Of a DNA stretch of 64,000 nt, positions 1-10,775 are shown one piece after another (the stretch's first letter is position 1; each line of letters begins with the position of its first letter). The notes under the pieces are model-generated. The model was not told where the DNA came from. It searched no databases and was given only the letters and a program-made list of their open reading frames with translations. Position numbers and translations under genes: made by a program. The stretch comes from Bacteroidota bacterium (GTDB taxonomy: Bacteria; Bacteroidota; Ignavibacteria; Kapaibacteriales; UBA2268): NCBI GenBank assembly GCA_024278075.1, contig JAJRTW010000129.1, positions 7,522 to 71,521 of the forward strand, written 5' to 3'.

Positions 1-897
1 AATTCCGCCGGGGATGGCATTTACGGGATAGAAATCGAAGAAACATCGCACAATATTCAATATTACATTGTTGCCGAAAGCGAGGAGTCCGTCAAGTTCT
101 CACCCGAGCGGGCGGAATACGAATATTATACATTAACGGCCGGCGGCGGTTTGGTTATCAATGAATTCATGGCAGACAACGCCGCCTACAAAGCAGACGA
201 AAGCGGCGAGTTCGACGATTGGATAGAATTATTCAATGGCACCGGCGATGATATTTCTCTAAGCGGATATTTCCTTTCGGACAATGGTGAAGAGCTTTCC
301 AAATGGCCGCTGCCGGATATTATTCTCGAGGCCGGCGGATATTTGGTTGTATGGGCTGACAAGGACGAGGAGCAGGGGTCCCTGCATTCTAATTTCAAGA
401 TTTCGGCTTCGGGCGAGGCGGTTTATTTGGCCGATAGCGACGGAAATATTATCGACGAAGTTGCATTCGGCCCGCAGGCGGCCGATATTTCGTATGGCCG
501 CTATCCGAATGGCTCTGGCCCGTTTCGGGCAATGCTGCCTACCTTTATGGCAGTCAATGAATTGGCAACATCAAATGATGAACCCGGTTTGTCAGATTCC
601 TTTTCGGGTTATAATAATGTGCTGCGGCAGAACCGCCCCAACCCTTTTAGCCAATCCACAATTATCAATTTTGAATTAACAATGCCGGGCTATGTTGTCC
701 TAAAGGTATATGGCGTGATGGGCAATGAAATAACTACGCTGGTGAATGAATTTCAATCCGCCGGCAGCCATCGGGCAACATTTGATGCAAAGAAAACAGG
801 CAATCGTCTGCCGGAAGGGATGTATTATTACACAATCCGGATTGAAGGAGGGGCGAAGAGTGGAATTAAGAGCGGGAATATGATATTAATCAGATAG
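1..897 (+). CDS. Secreted lamin-tail-domain (LTD) protein with T9SS C-terminal sorting domain; 5' partial, frame 1 is open from base 1
   Basis: No stop in frame 1 from nt 1. LTD-like motif INEFMADN...DWIELFN. C-terminus NPFSQSTIINFEL...GMYYYTIRI matches the type-A por-secretion CTD. Confidence 0.6.
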   Translation, partial: NSAGDGIYGIEIEETSHNIQYYIVAESEESVKFSPERAEYEYYTLTAGGGLVINEFMADNAAYKADESGEFDDWIELFNGTGDDISLSGYFLSDNGEELSKWPLPDIILEAGGYLVVWADKDEEQGSLHSNFKISASGEAVYLADSDGNIIDEVAFGPQAADISYGRYPNGSGPFRAMLPTFMAVNELATSNDEPGLSDSFSGYNNVLRQNRPNPFSQSTIINFELTMPGYVVLKVYGVMGNEITTLVNEFQSAGSHRATFDAKKTGNRLPEGMYYYTIRIEGGAKSGIKSGNMILIR

Positions 898-1552
898 AGG
901 CAGAATCAAACTCCCTATAAAGGTCGATCAACTCCTGCATAATCATTGCCGTTGCCCCCCACAGCGGAGTTTTGCGGCCAATATCCCAGAGCGGTACGTC
1001 GGCTTTTTTGCCTTTGAAATCCCACTGCTCAATCTTCATGCTGCCATTATTAAGCAATAAATCAAAATCAATGAAAAATGCCTCTTCAACTTCATCGGGG
1101 TTTATTTCAATATTAAATGGTTCTTTCAAAAAAGCAACCACGGGAGTAACCACGGAATCCGACGGCAGCACATATAAATCAGACAAGAAACCGATAATTC
1201 GGGCAAGTCCGGGTTCGAGGCCGACTTCCTCGCTTGCTTCACGCAGAGCGGTTTCCGTAACGGACTCACCCTTATCGCTTCTGCCGCCCGGAAAGCTGAT
1301 TTGCCCGCTGTGGTTCTTCAGGGCCGAGCTTCTCAATGTAAGGAAAACCCGGAGCTTTGCATCCGCCCCGCCCGGGGCAAACAGAATAAGCACGGCGCTT
1401 TGTCCGGAAGATTCCTTCGGGTCGAAATCGCGATAACGTTTGCCGCCAATAAGCGGAGTCATTATAAGATGTGACTTTCTGCCAGGCAAAGGCTCTTTCA
1501 GGCGGCCTTGTAGATAATTCAGAAAGTCTGGTAATGTGTCGTTATTCATCAT
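890..1552 (-). CDS. NUDIX hydrolase, CoA pyrophosphatase-like
   Basis: Nudix box GGRSDKGESVTETALREASEEVGL. Convergent 8-nt overlap with the upstream gene. Confidence 0.7.
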   Translation of the reverse strand: MMNNDTLPDFLNYLQGRLKEPLPGRKSHLIMTPLIGGKRYRDFDPKESSGQSAVLILFAPGGADAKLRVFLTLRSSALKNHSGQISFPGGRSDKGESVTETALREASEEVGLEPGLARIIGFLSDLYVLPSDSVVTPVVAFLKEPFNIEINPDEVEEAFFIDFDLLLNNGSMKIEQWDFKGKKADVPLWDIGRKTPLWGATAMIMQELIDLYREFDSASI

Positions 1553-2009
1553 AATAGGCCAGGCCTGAAAAAGTCTTTTAAGATAATATTACTACAGTAT
1601 CATCTCACAACAAATTAATGTTTAACGTTCCGTCAGTTGTTACAACTGGCCAGTGGCGGCAGTTTCTACATTGCCATTTGTAACAAATGGCAGAACATAA
1701 ATTCAGGCAGGTTGCGAACCTGCCACTACATATACATTAGATTGGTATATAATATTTTTTTTTGCCGTCAGGACTTCCCGTCCTTATGCCTTTCCACCGC
1801 AAGCCAAACCCCAGCCTGACTACATCAAAAATGTAACAAAGCTCTGATGAATCGGAATCTTCGACTGGAACTTAGTTACAAGGTTTAATAGAGCAATTGT
1901 TTCTGAGATGATGCACTACGGATATACTGCCCGGATTTGCAATTAAATAGGTTAAACTCAAAAAGTATCAACTAATCATAATGTAAGGTAGTTATAAAAG
2001 ATATTCAAC

Positions 2010-2176
2010 AACAAAGTGCAAGGCATACAATTTATTATGCTCGAAAACCTTGCAGAAAGTATGACAACCCCCTGCTCGCCTGGCTCACTTCCCCCTTAAT
2101 AAAGGGGGATTTAGGGGGTTGTAACTTCAACTATTTCCCCCTTAATAAAGGGGGATCTAAGGGGTTGTTTTTTTCC
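2010..2176. repeat. C-rich palindromic repeat element (ACAACCCCC...CCCCCTTAATAAAGGGGG x2...GGGGGTTGT); an inverted copy lies at 19455-19600
   Basis: About 165 bp align with the reverse complement of 19455-19600, including the nested G5/C5 hairpins. Confidence 0.6.
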
Positions 2177-2321
2177 TTAATATTGCAAACGTACTAATAA
2201 TTATATCTCAGTCAACTTTCTTAGGAAACCCTAAATAAATCAATGCGGCAAAATATTTCCAAATAAAAAGCGGGTTCACGCCGAAGCTTTATTAGCTTTT
2301 GTGGATTTCCTTGATAACATG

Positions 2322-2354
2322 AACTTGTCCAAAGTTTGAAACTTTGGACAAGTT
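2322..2354. repeat. 33-bp perfect palindrome AACTTGTCCAAAGTTT-G-AAACTTTGGACAAGTT (copy 1 of 3)
   Basis: Two 16-nt arms that are exact reverse complements, with a 1-nt centre. It sits just 3' of the vWA/CTD gene and is not followed by a T-run. Confidence 0.7.
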
Positions 2355-2369
2355 GAAATGAAAGCTGGG

Positions 2370-5300
2370 CTACTTTGTGAATATCACAGCCCTGGTGGCC
2401 ATGAACGGCCCGGATACTATTCTGATTATATAATATCCCGCAGGTATGTCAATGCCTGTTACATTGACTTCGTAATGCCCCGGTTTGTGTAAATCATTCA
2501 CTATTGTCTTGACATTTTCGCCCAATGTATTGATTAATTCTATCCGTGTGTTTGCCTTCAGGCCGATGGAATAATCTATTGTGAAAGCACTCGAGGCCGG
2601 ATTCGGGGCAATAGAATTCAAACTGTACTCTATCCCTGAAATGGTAATCAAACGGCCATCTACAAAACAAACACTGTCAAGCATTATCTTACGGGTTATT
2701 TCGGGCGGCTTGCAGGGAGCCTGAACTGCCCCGATAACGAATTCCGAAGTTTGAACCTCGCCCAGGCTAATAATAAAAGGTATCATCAGGATATTGCCAT
2801 TGAAAGGCGTCGGAATGCCACCAGAGCCTGTGATTTCCATAAGATTGGGCCGCAGAAAAACAGGCGTGTCCCAGGCCCACTGGCTTGCAGGCAATCCGGA
2901 CTGCAATTCTGCAACGGCATCCGGATTCATAATGGCTATCCCAGCCGAGTCCAATACCATCATGTTATCTTCAAAAGAGATGTGCAGTTTCATGTAATCA
3001 ATCGGGCCTTTGCTTAACGCAGCTATATTTGCGTTCAATGTAATTACACTGCCATTGCCGGGTTTGATGGAATAATCAGCCTCCTCCACGAACAGGTGAA
3101 TGAATTCGCCCCGGCCGGACAGTTCGCGCCTGATCTGTACGCCTTGCGAGTTGATAAAATCAATCGAAGCGCTATATTCCCTCTCCTCGGTTGGCAGAAA
3201 TGAGACTTCAATATTTTCAATGATTGATGGCTGAATAATCAAATCATCATCAAGAATAACTGCAAAAGCATCGGGGTCGCTGCCGGTGATGGAGATGCTG
3301 TCTTTATAGATAATCAGGTCAGTACTGCTCGACGGGTTTTGAATTTGGGTGGCCAATGTATCAATCTCACAAGCCAACTGCCCGCCGAACTCCATATTTC
3401 CCGAGCTGCCCGCAGTCACATCGCATTCGATGTTATAGGTGCCTTTAACAGATAAATTATAATCCGGGCCGATACCATCACCAATATCCGAATCGGAATA
3501 ATGTGCAATCCTGATTCCCGAAGTATTATCTGATTGGGGAGTGAAAGTAATATTAACAGAGATTTCGCCGCCATTGGCCGGAATTTCAAGGCCTCTTGGC
3601 GCCCCGCCGCCTGCCCAGCCGAAGTCGGCGTTGATATTGTCGAACACAAGGCTGTCGACTTTTGTTGGCACGTATATACTTGTATTTCTTAATGTCAAAG
3701 TGCCAATACTTGTGTCGCCTTTGATGGTGAATGGCCTTCCGCAATCCCAATCCACAACTTCGATTTGCGGCCATACGCCTATTCCGGCCAAAGCTCTCCG
3801 GATTGGCGTTTCAACTTGCCGGACTGTTACGATTAACGTATCGGAATAGGAATTCTCGTCCATTTCGGGCTTGAATCTCATGGGCAATAAATAAACATCA
3901 TTGGCCAAAATCTCAAGCGGAAACGATGGCAGGTCAAGTTCGAAAGCTGCCTGGGTGCCGGATTGTTCAATATTTTCGATAATGGCCGGAAGCGAGCCGC
4001 TATTGACAATTCTAATTGTAGTATCATTTACAGTATTCACGCGCCGCCGGCCCCAATCGACGGGTTCAACAGTTATATCGGAATCGAATCCTTCTCCGGC
4101 TAATTTTGTTTCGCTGTGCTCGCAATTTTCATCTAAGTTGTAGGTTATTGTTGCGGTTCTAATTCCCGGTGCCGTGGGTGTGAAAATCACTGTGAGGCTA
4201 ATGCAGCTGTCGGGCTCGAGGTTGACAGTGCCTATGCTTTCTTTTATGCTGAATTCTCCCGGGGTTGAATCATTCGTAATGATATCAGGCGTGACCGACA
4301 GTAATTCATCATTCGGGTTCCTGAAAATACAGGTAATCTCAGTTTCCAGTTCGACGCCGATATTTTGCTGGCCGACCCACACAGAGTCGATTGCTTCACC
4401 GCGGCAAATTCCCATGCCTGTAATATCGGCGCTCAGCGAATCCCCGCAGATGAAATCAACAGTCATAACAGCATTTCTGGAGAAAACATCGGAAGGCTTA
4501 ATAAATAATTCAATGTCAATTGCATTGCCGGGCGGGATTATGACGCCAATAATATTAGAGGTAATCCCAAAATCAAGTGCATCCGGCCCCGAAAATGAAA
4601 CATCGGAAATTTCAACCGGTAGTTCCCCGTCATTCTCAAGTGATTGGCTGAATACTTTGCCGCAAACAGAACCCAAAGTGCATTCCCCCAAATCAAAGTC
4701 GGGCAGATTAAACTTAGTTGATGGGGCGGTGACGGCAAATGACTCGGTAGTGAATTCGCTGCCCGGAGTAGAGCCTATTTTGGTTACGAAGATGTCCCTT
4801 TTCCCGGCACTAGTTACGGTGAATCCACCGAAGTCCCTCTGATTTTGAAAAGAGCCCGTGGAGTAGATACTGCCTTTGCTGTCGGTGTCGGTATTGGAGG
4901 AATAATTTTCGTTTATCCCCCCTTCGTATATATCAACTATGTTTAGGTCAAGGTCATAGACCGCAGTAAATAGCCTTGGGCTGGTTGCGTTTGGCAAATT
5001 TCTTTGAGGCCCGCCGGGGATTTGAATCTGAATCGAGCTTAAATACATACCCTGGACCATTATTTTAGGATTAGTGTCATCATGGACATATTTTATTCTT
5101 TGGCCCCATGCCTCAAATCTTGTGTAGAATCCTTTGGCCCCGAGGAGTGTTACTTTGGGGTTTGGCCCCTGGCTCGGATCGTATTTGGCAATGAAGCAGT
5201 ATCGTAAATCATCCTGCTCCACAGTCGGTGTCAGATTCCCGAATTTAACCGTCTGATAGCATGTGCCGGTAATATAAGCAAAGTTTGACGAGTCCGTGCA

Positions 5301-7040
5301 TACGCCGGTTGCGAAGTCATTATTCAAGCCGCCGGCCTGTTGCACCCAAATGGGATTGCCATCGGAATTATACTTAGCAATGAATATATCTTTATTTCTT
5401 ACACTCTGGATTTCAATATCCCCGAAGTGGGCGGTTTCTTCGAAGCTGCCGGTAGCATATACGAATAAATCATCATTCTGAACAGCAATCGAAGCGCCAA
5501 TATCATCTTCATTTCCGCCATTGGCTGTTGCCCACATATAACCGCGGGTGGCCTCGACTATTGCCCTGATTCTATAATTAACACCCACCTCCGGCGGTTT
5601 CCATCTGAGCTGCAAACCATAGGCATTGTTTGCAATCGCGGCCCAGGTGGTGCCATCATCAGTGCTATAAGAAAAGTCGACCGGTACGTTCCAGTCCACG
5701 CCGGCCCAGATTATATCGATAGTGTCGCATGTGGAAAATAATTCGCCGCCTGCGGGATTAATAATCCTTACTTGCGAGGTGCCGCCCACTAATGTTATTT
5801 GCGGAGGGCATGGATTGCCAACAAGAATTAATGATGCCTGCCTGTAAATCTTGGAAACGGCCTGGGTAAAGGTCACTTCTATGCTTCTTGATTTTCCGGA
5901 ATCAAGAAAGAAAGGAACGGTTTTGTCCGTTTGCCCGACATTTACGTCGGTAACGCTATAATAGTTGGGCGGTGATATGTAAATACTATCTACCTGAAAT
6001 CCGGTTACAGCAGAAGTGATGGTAACGGTGTCTTTCACCGGCACCCCAACATCAGGATTGCCAAACGAAAGTATGCTTGATGATCTGTCAACGTAGGCAA
6101 TGCTGGATTCGGGTGCTAAATATCTTCTCTCGATTAGCTCTCGGGCCAAATCTTTTTTAAATCGGATTTCCACATTCCTGATTCGGCTTTTCTCATCACA
6201 GCCGTAATATGACTCCCAAGTCAGTTCGCAAAGTGTTTTGGTCTGGACATCAAGGGCAATATATTTATAGATATTATCAAGCTCTTCTTTGTCATTCACA
6301 GAAAATGCCCTGCCGCCAGTTTCCCTGGAGATATAAGCCAGGTCCTTATTCATTGGCATTTGCAATGTAATCGAATATACCTGAATATTTGCATTTTGCA
6401 GCGAGTCGATAATCCTTGCTGTGGACGGATCTTTGTCTGGTAGCCCATCGGTAAGGAAAACCACAATTCTTCTTATGTCAGTCGGCCTTGATGACAACAA
6501 TTGGACAACCCCGTAGCGAGGGTCCAAAAAAGGAGGGTCATACCTTGTTATGCCAACCGGGACAACCGTATCCAAAGCACTAAGAAGCTGATCTTTATCG
6601 CTGCTGAAATTGCAAACGATATAAGAGCCTCTGGCAAATGAAGTAATCGCTAATTTTGTTCTTCCAACAAATTTCAATGTATTAATAAATGAAGTTGCAC
6701 CCTGAACAACCCAATTCCATCTTGGGTCCTCTTCCGGCTCTTTCATAGACAGGCTTTGGTCGAGAACAAGAACAACGCTTACTTCGGGGTCTTCATCGCG
6801 TTTGATACATTTAACCGTAACGCTTGCGTCAACATTCAAATTATCTTCCATAACAGTAAAGTTCGTATCGGCAAGGTCTTCGTAAGAATTGCCGGCCTGG
6901 TTTGTGGCAATAAAACTTGCTTTTACAGTTGGGAATTCATCGGTATTAATTTCCGAGATAGAAAATCCCTGGGATGATAAATCAAAATGCAGAAACAGCA
7001 TTAGAGTAAAATAAAAGATAAGAGTAGCGCCATACTTCAT
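2370..7040 (-). CDS. Large secreted vWA-domain / beta-propeller (SBBP-like) repeat protein with T9SS CTD
   Basis: Signal peptide at the N-terminus. vWA MIDAS-like segment VVLVLDQSLSM...FLTDG. Repeats such as DIFIAKYNSDGNPIWVQQAGG. C-terminal NPASSAFTIDYSI...YYIIRI sorting domain. Confidence 0.7.
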   Translation of the reverse strand: MKYGATLIFYFTLMLFLHFDLSSQGFSISEINTDEFPTVKASFIATNQAGNSYEDLADTNFTVMEDNLNVDASVTVKCIKRDEDPEVSVVLVLDQSLSMKEPEEDPRWNWVVQGATSFINTLKFVGRTKLAITSFARGSYIVCNFSSDKDQLLSALDTVVPVGITRYDPPFLDPRYGVVQLLSSRPTDIRRIVVFLTDGLPDKDPSTARIIDSLQNANIQVYSITLQMPMNKDLAYISRETGGRAFSVNDKEELDNIYKYIALDVQTKTLCELTWESYYGCDEKSRIRNVEIRFKKDLARELIERRYLAPESSIAYVDRSSSILSFGNPDVGVPVKDTVTITSAVTGFQVDSIYISPPNYYSVTDVNVGQTDKTVPFFLDSGKSRSIEVTFTQAVSKIYRQASLILVGNPCPPQITLVGGTSQVRIINPAGGELFSTCDTIDIIWAGVDWNVPVDFSYSTDDGTTWAAIANNAYGLQLRWKPPEVGVNYRIRAIVEATRGYMWATANGGNEDDIGASIAVQNDDLFVYATGSFEETAHFGDIEIQSVRNKDIFIAKYNSDGNPIWVQQAGGLNNDFATGVCTDSSNFAYITGTCYQTVKFGNLTPTVEQDDLRYCFIAKYDPSQGPNPKVTLLGAKGFYTRFEAWGQRIKYVHDDTNPKIMVQGMYLSSIQIQIPGGPQRNLPNATSPRLFTAVYDLDLNIVDIYEGGINENYSSNTDTDSKGSIYSTGSFQNQRDFGGFTVTSAGKRDIFVTKIGSTPGSEFTTESFAVTAPSTKFNLPDFDLGECTLGSVCGKVFSQSLENDGELPVEISDVSFSGPDALDFGITSNIIGVIIPPGNAIDIELFIKPSDVFSRNAVMTVDFICGDSLSADITGMGICRGEAIDSVWVGQQNIGVELETEITCIFRNPNDELLSVTPDIITNDSTPGEFSIKESIGTVNLEPDSCISLTVIFTPTAPGIRTATITYNLDENCEHSETKLAGEGFDSDITVEPVDWGRRRVNTVNDTTIRIVNSGSLPAIIENIEQSGTQAAFELDLPSFPLEILANDVYLLPMRFKPEMDENSYSDTLIVTVRQVETPIRRALAGIGVWPQIEVVDWDCGRPFTIKGDTSIGTLTLRNTSIYVPTKVDSLVFDNINADFGWAGGGAPRGLEIPANGGEISVNITFTPQSDNTSGIRIAHYSDSDIGDGIGPDYNLSVKGTYNIECDVTAGSSGNMEFGGQLACEIDTLATQIQNPSSSTDLIIYKDSISITGSDPDAFAVILDDDLIIQPSIIENIEVSFLPTEEREYSASIDFINSQGVQIRRELSGRGEFIHLFVEEADYSIKPGNGSVITLNANIAALSKGPIDYMKLHISFEDNMMVLDSAGIAIMNPDAVAELQSGLPASQWAWDTPVFLRPNLMEITGSGGIPTPFNGNILMIPFIISLGEVQTSEFVIGAVQAPCKPPEITRKIMLDSVCFVDGRLITISGIEYSLNSIAPNPASSAFTIDYSIGLKANTRIELINTLGENVKTIVNDLHKPGHYEVNVTGIDIPAGYYIIRIVSGPFMATRAVIFTK

Positions 7041-7132
7041 ATGAATTCCCCGATTTTGTGATTTGCTTTTCTTACTTCACAATCAGCTTAATATAATTAA
7101 TAACACACTAAAAAGCTAAATGTTCCAATGAT

Positions 7133-8203
7133 TTATGTTATAACGGACTGATTAAGGATTGAAAATGTCTTCTTGGTTGCGTCCATTTCCGCTTGAGTTC
7201 CAATCGGCAGTGTCAGCTTATTTTTTACATGTCCGAAGGGCAGGCCGATAAGCGTGGGCTTGCCAACCGGCTTGACCACCTGATCGATTACTTCTTTAAT
7301 CGTATAAGACCTGTTCGGATAGAAAGGCCTTCTGTAGTTCAATTCCTTAAAATGGCCAAAGATTATTCCGTTGCATTCATCGAATTTTCCGGCCAGAAGC
7401 AGTTGTGTTAACATTCGGTCAATTTTATAGGGGTGTTCCGAAACTTCTTCGATTAGTAGAATTTTATCTTTCGTATCTATCTCATAATCGGTGCCGAGTG
7501 TGCTTGTAAGCATAGTCAGATTGCCACCAACAAGAGTGCCGCTTGCCGAGCCTCCATTAATTGTCAATCCGCGGGGCACTTTAATTTCCACCGGCTCGAA
7601 GCTGCTACTGGCAAACAAAATTTTCTTCAGATTATTAACCGTGAATGAGTTGAAGGTAACCGAAGCCACAGGGCCGTGGAAAGTAACAAGGCCAGTTCTT
7701 TGGTAGACAGCATTCAGCAGTGCTGTAATATCGCTGAACCCGATAATTATTTTCGGATGCTCTTTGAACAGATTAAAATCGATCATAGGAAGGATTCTCA
7801 TAATCCCGTAGCCGCCTCTGCCGCAAAGGATTGCATCAATATCGTCGCGTTTCAGAAACTCCATAAGCTCCAAAGCACGCACTTCGTCGGGGGCGGAGAA
7901 ATAGCGGTATTGATTTCGGCTTTTCCGGATTGTATCGCCAACAACTATCTTACAGCCCATTTTCTTGAGTGCTTTATATCCTTTTGCTATTTCGCCCATA
8001 CTGGTAGGCGAGGCCGGAGCGGTGATGGCTACAGTGGAATCCTTCGCCAGGGCTTTGGGCAATAATATCTTCTCGCTGTTCGGGATTTCAGGTATTTCCG
8101 GAATGATAATATCAGGGCTGACACTAATTTCCTTTGCCTGCGATTTCATATAAACGGCAGACAGTCCGGTAACCGACAGAAATTTCCTTCTCGATAATTT
8201 CAT
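7133..8203 (-). CDS. ldcA: LD-carboxypeptidase (peptidase S66, muramoyltetrapeptide carboxypeptidase) with Tat signal
   Basis: Twin-arginine signal SRRKFLSVTG. S66 motifs ILCGRGGYG and GFSDITAL. Confidence 0.75.
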   Translation of the reverse strand: MKLSRRKFLSVTGLSAVYMKSQAKEISVSPDIIIPEIPEIPNSEKILLPKALAKDSTVAITAPASPTSMGEIAKGYKALKKMGCKIVVGDTIRKSRNQYRYFSAPDEVRALELMEFLKRDDIDAILCGRGGYGIMRILPMIDFNLFKEHPKIIIGFSDITALLNAVYQRTGLVTFHGPVASVTFNSFTVNNLKKILFASSSFEPVEIKVPRGLTINGGSASGTLVGGNLTMLTSTLGTDYEIDTKDKILLIEEVSEHPYKIDRMLTQLLLAGKFDECNGIIFGHFKELNYRRPFYPNRSYTIKEVIDQVVKPVGKPTLIGLPFGHVKNKLTLPIGTQAEMDATKKTFSILNQSVIT

Positions 8204-8380
8204 TTCCGCACCGGAGAAATTAGTATGATATGTACTTTCGGATAAATCATAGATGATAGAACAACTAAGTTACTGAAATATTGAATAATAAAATATTTAT
8301 TATAGTTATAGTATGCTTTTGGAATTCCCCACAGCCTGCTTAAACATACACATCCGCAGCCGTTTTGTTAAAGTATTTTT

Positions 8381-8650
8381 TGTACTGTCCGGTTAACAAA
8401 AAGAGTCATTCCTACTATATGCTTGAATACTATGTCCTGTAATCCTGAGCGGAGTCGAAGGATCCAGTGTTTATGGCTCCTCTGGCAGTATTAAGATGGA
8501 TTCATCACTACGCCATAAATGGCTTCGTTCTGAATGACGCACTTTTTCCGTAGCGTCAGGACTTCCCGCCCTGATACTCTGACATATAATCCTTAAGCTT
8601 TCCGTAGTGTCAGGACTTTCCGTCCTGACGGCGTTACCATAGAATCATTA
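8381..8650. mobile_element. MITE-like composite palindromic element (left TIR ACTGTCCGGTTAACAAAAAGAG; GTCAGGACTTCCCG..CCTGAC hairpin modules); right end degenerate
   Basis: Shares the outer TIR and inner hairpin modules with elements at 14.4, 17.6, 46.7, 49.0, 57.4 and 63.1 kb. Non-coding. Confidence 0.5.
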
Positions 8651-8768
8651 TGTTATCAAACATAACTCTTATATTTCCCATAAGGTACATAGCCTTTGAG
8701 TAAAAAAGCCCGAAAAAATCGGGTTTATCTTTTGAATAGCGATATTAATTTATTTAACTTGCACAATC

Positions 8769-8855
8769 GGGAAGGTGCAGGAGTGGTTGAACTGGCACGC
8801 CTGGAAAGCGTGTGTACCTGCAAGGGTACCGTGGGTTCGAATCCCACCCTTTCCG
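8769..8855 (+). tRNA. tRNA-Ser (anticodon GGA), class II with long variable arm
   Basis: Hand-folded cloverleaf. Acceptor GGGAAGG/CCTTTCC, D stem CAG/CTG with GAGTGGTTGAA loop, anticodon stem CACGC/GCGTG with loop CTGGAAA. 18-nt variable arm, T arm GTGGG-TTCGAAT-CCCAC. CCA is not encoded. Confidence 0.8.
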
Positions 8856-9099
8856 CAATATTTATTATTTCATGGGATTTATAAAAATGGAATTAATAAA
8901 AAGAACAATTCAAGCCTCTTATCGGGGCTTTTTATTTATTTATTATCATTAATAAATTAGTATGAAGCAAATAATGTGCCGAACAGACAAGTATGTATAA
9001 GGATGGCGAATTGCCCTGCCTAATGTAACCGGAAAGAATAATTTTGATACAGTGGAAAAGTATATTATATTGAAGGAACGGAACTGCATAATTATATGA

Positions 9100-9132
9100 A
9101 ACTTATCCAAAGTTTCAAACTTTGGATAAGTT
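9100..9132. repeat. 33-bp palindrome AACTTATCCAAAGTTT-C-AAACTTTGGATAAGTT (copy 2 of 3), 36 bp upstream of the YD/CTD gene start
   Basis: Exact inverted arms. Same family as 2322-2354 and 10728-10760. Confidence 0.7.
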
Positions 9133-9168
9133 AGTCTTTAGATAATTTATTTATTCAATGGAACTACA

Positions 9169-10704
9169 ATGAAAACACGTATTACCACACTCGCTATTCT
9201 CTTTGTCATATTTAACATTATCCCCTCCAATGCTATTGACGGACAAGCACGAGCCAAACCGGGGCACATTCCATTTCCCGGAATGAATGAACAGCAAGAA
9301 CTATTTCCGTCCGGACTTGGAGAAATGAACGAAGACGGTGCGGTAAGATTTATGAAGATGGGCGATGGGGTTCAAAGCAATCCGGGTTATCTTGTTGAAA
9401 GTGTAAGAGTGTATTCATTGGTTGATAGCAATACTAAATACATATACGCTTACAATGAAAGCAATCAAATATTAACTGAAACATCCGAAGGATGGGAAAA
9501 CGGTGCATGGGTGAATTATGAAAGAATAACCAACACTTATGATTCCGATGGTAATCTCCTTACTAATTCACAGCAAAGATGGGAAAACGGTGCATGGGTG
9601 AATTATGAAAGAAGAACCAACACATACGACGAGAATAGTAATTTATTAACATGGTTATACGAATTAAAAATTAGCGAAAAGTGGGTGGAATTAATAAAAT
9701 ACACCTACACATACGACGAGAATAACAATATGTTGACATGGCTACAACAAAGCGGTATTGATGATGAATGGGTAAATGTTTTCAGATTTTCCCATACATA
9801 CGACGAGAATAACAATATATTGACATTGCAGAGAGAGGACTGGAAAAACGAGGCATGGCTAATATACATGAGATATATAAACACCTACGACTCTGAAGGC
9901 AATTTAATTACAAAAATATTTTTACAATGGGAAAATGAAGAATGGCATGATTATTCCCGAAGCACCTACGACTATGATGATGAAGGCAAACAGCTGTCAT
10001 GGGTTAAAGCAACCTGGAAAAATGAAGAGTGGGTGGATTTTAGCAGAGAAATTAACACTTACGACATTAACGGCAATCTGATACTATGGACATCTCAAAA
10101 TCTGCAGAATGAAGAATGGGTGGGTTTTAGGCAGGAAACAAACACCTACGATACCGATGGCAATCTAAGAACATCTATATATCAAAGAATAAGAAACTAT
10201 GAATGGGTCAATGATTGGAGAAAAACTTACACGTACAACACCGACGGCAATTTAATAGTATGGTCATATAGTCTTTGGCAAAACGAAGAATGGGCAGATA
10301 ATGGATTCTATTTATCTTTTGAAGACTCCTATGGAAATTCTTTTGGTAACTATTACGGTTTCAGCATAGGAATTATATGGAGGAGTGCTACTTCTGTCGA
10401 GGATGAATCGGATGACAACTTCTCCGTAACGTCTTTCCCCAATCCGTTCTCCGGTTCCACTACAATAAATTATACTCTTGACAATCCCGCCCGGGTTCGT
10501 ATTAATATTTATGACAATCTCGGAATTAAAATAACTTCTTTGATTGATGAATATCAATCCGCCGGCGAACATCAGGCGATATTCAATGCAATAAAAACAG
10601 GCAATCGCCTAAAAACAGGCAATCGCCTGTCAGCCGGAATGTATTACTATACTGTTCAAATAAATAATCAATTTGAACAAGGGAAATTATTGCTGGTGAA
10701 ATAA
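9169..10704 (+). CDS. Secreted YD-repeat-like protein with T9SS CTD
   Basis: About 12 degenerate repeats W(E/K)N(G/E)xWVxxxRxTNTYDxxGNLLT (YD-like). C-terminus FPNPFSGSTTINYTL...GMYYYTVQI. In-frame 18-bp tandem duplication KTGNRLKTGNRL inside the CTD. Confidence 0.6.
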   Translation: MKTRITTLAILFVIFNIIPSNAIDGQARAKPGHIPFPGMNEQQELFPSGLGEMNEDGAVRFMKMGDGVQSNPGYLVESVRVYSLVDSNTKYIYAYNESNQILTETSEGWENGAWVNYERITNTYDSDGNLLTNSQQRWENGAWVNYERRTNTYDENSNLLTWLYELKISEKWVELIKYTYTYDENNNMLTWLQQSGIDDEWVNVFRFSHTYDENNNILTLQREDWKNEAWLIYMRYINTYDSEGNLITKIFLQWENEEWHDYSRSTYDYDDEGKQLSWVKATWKNEEWVDFSREINTYDINGNLILWTSQNLQNEEWVGFRQETNTYDTDGNLRTSIYQRIRNYEWVNDWRKTYTYNTDGNLIVWSYSLWQNEEWADNGFYLSFEDSYGNSFGNYYGFSIGIIWRSATSVEDESDDNFSVTSFPNPFSGSTTINYTLDNPARVRINIYDNLGIKITSLIDEYQSAGEHQAIFNAIKTGNRLKTGNRLSAGMYYYTVQINNQFEQGKLLLVK

Positions 10705-10727
10705 AACTTAAACTTATTCTTGAACTA

Positions 10728-10760
10728 AACTTATCCAAAGTTTCAAACTTTGGACAAGTT
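10728..10760. repeat. 33-bp palindrome (copy 3 of 3, one mismatch) immediately 3' of the YD/CTD gene
   Basis: AACTTATCCAAAGTTT-C-AAACTTTGGACAAGTT. Preceded by partial AAACTTAT repeats. Confidence 0.65.
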
Positions 10761-10775
10761 GGCTAAGGCGATTCC

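Noticed and set aside
8696-8960. Two small ORFs (62 and 61 aa)
   Set aside because: They overlap tRNA-Ser(GGA) and its flanks.
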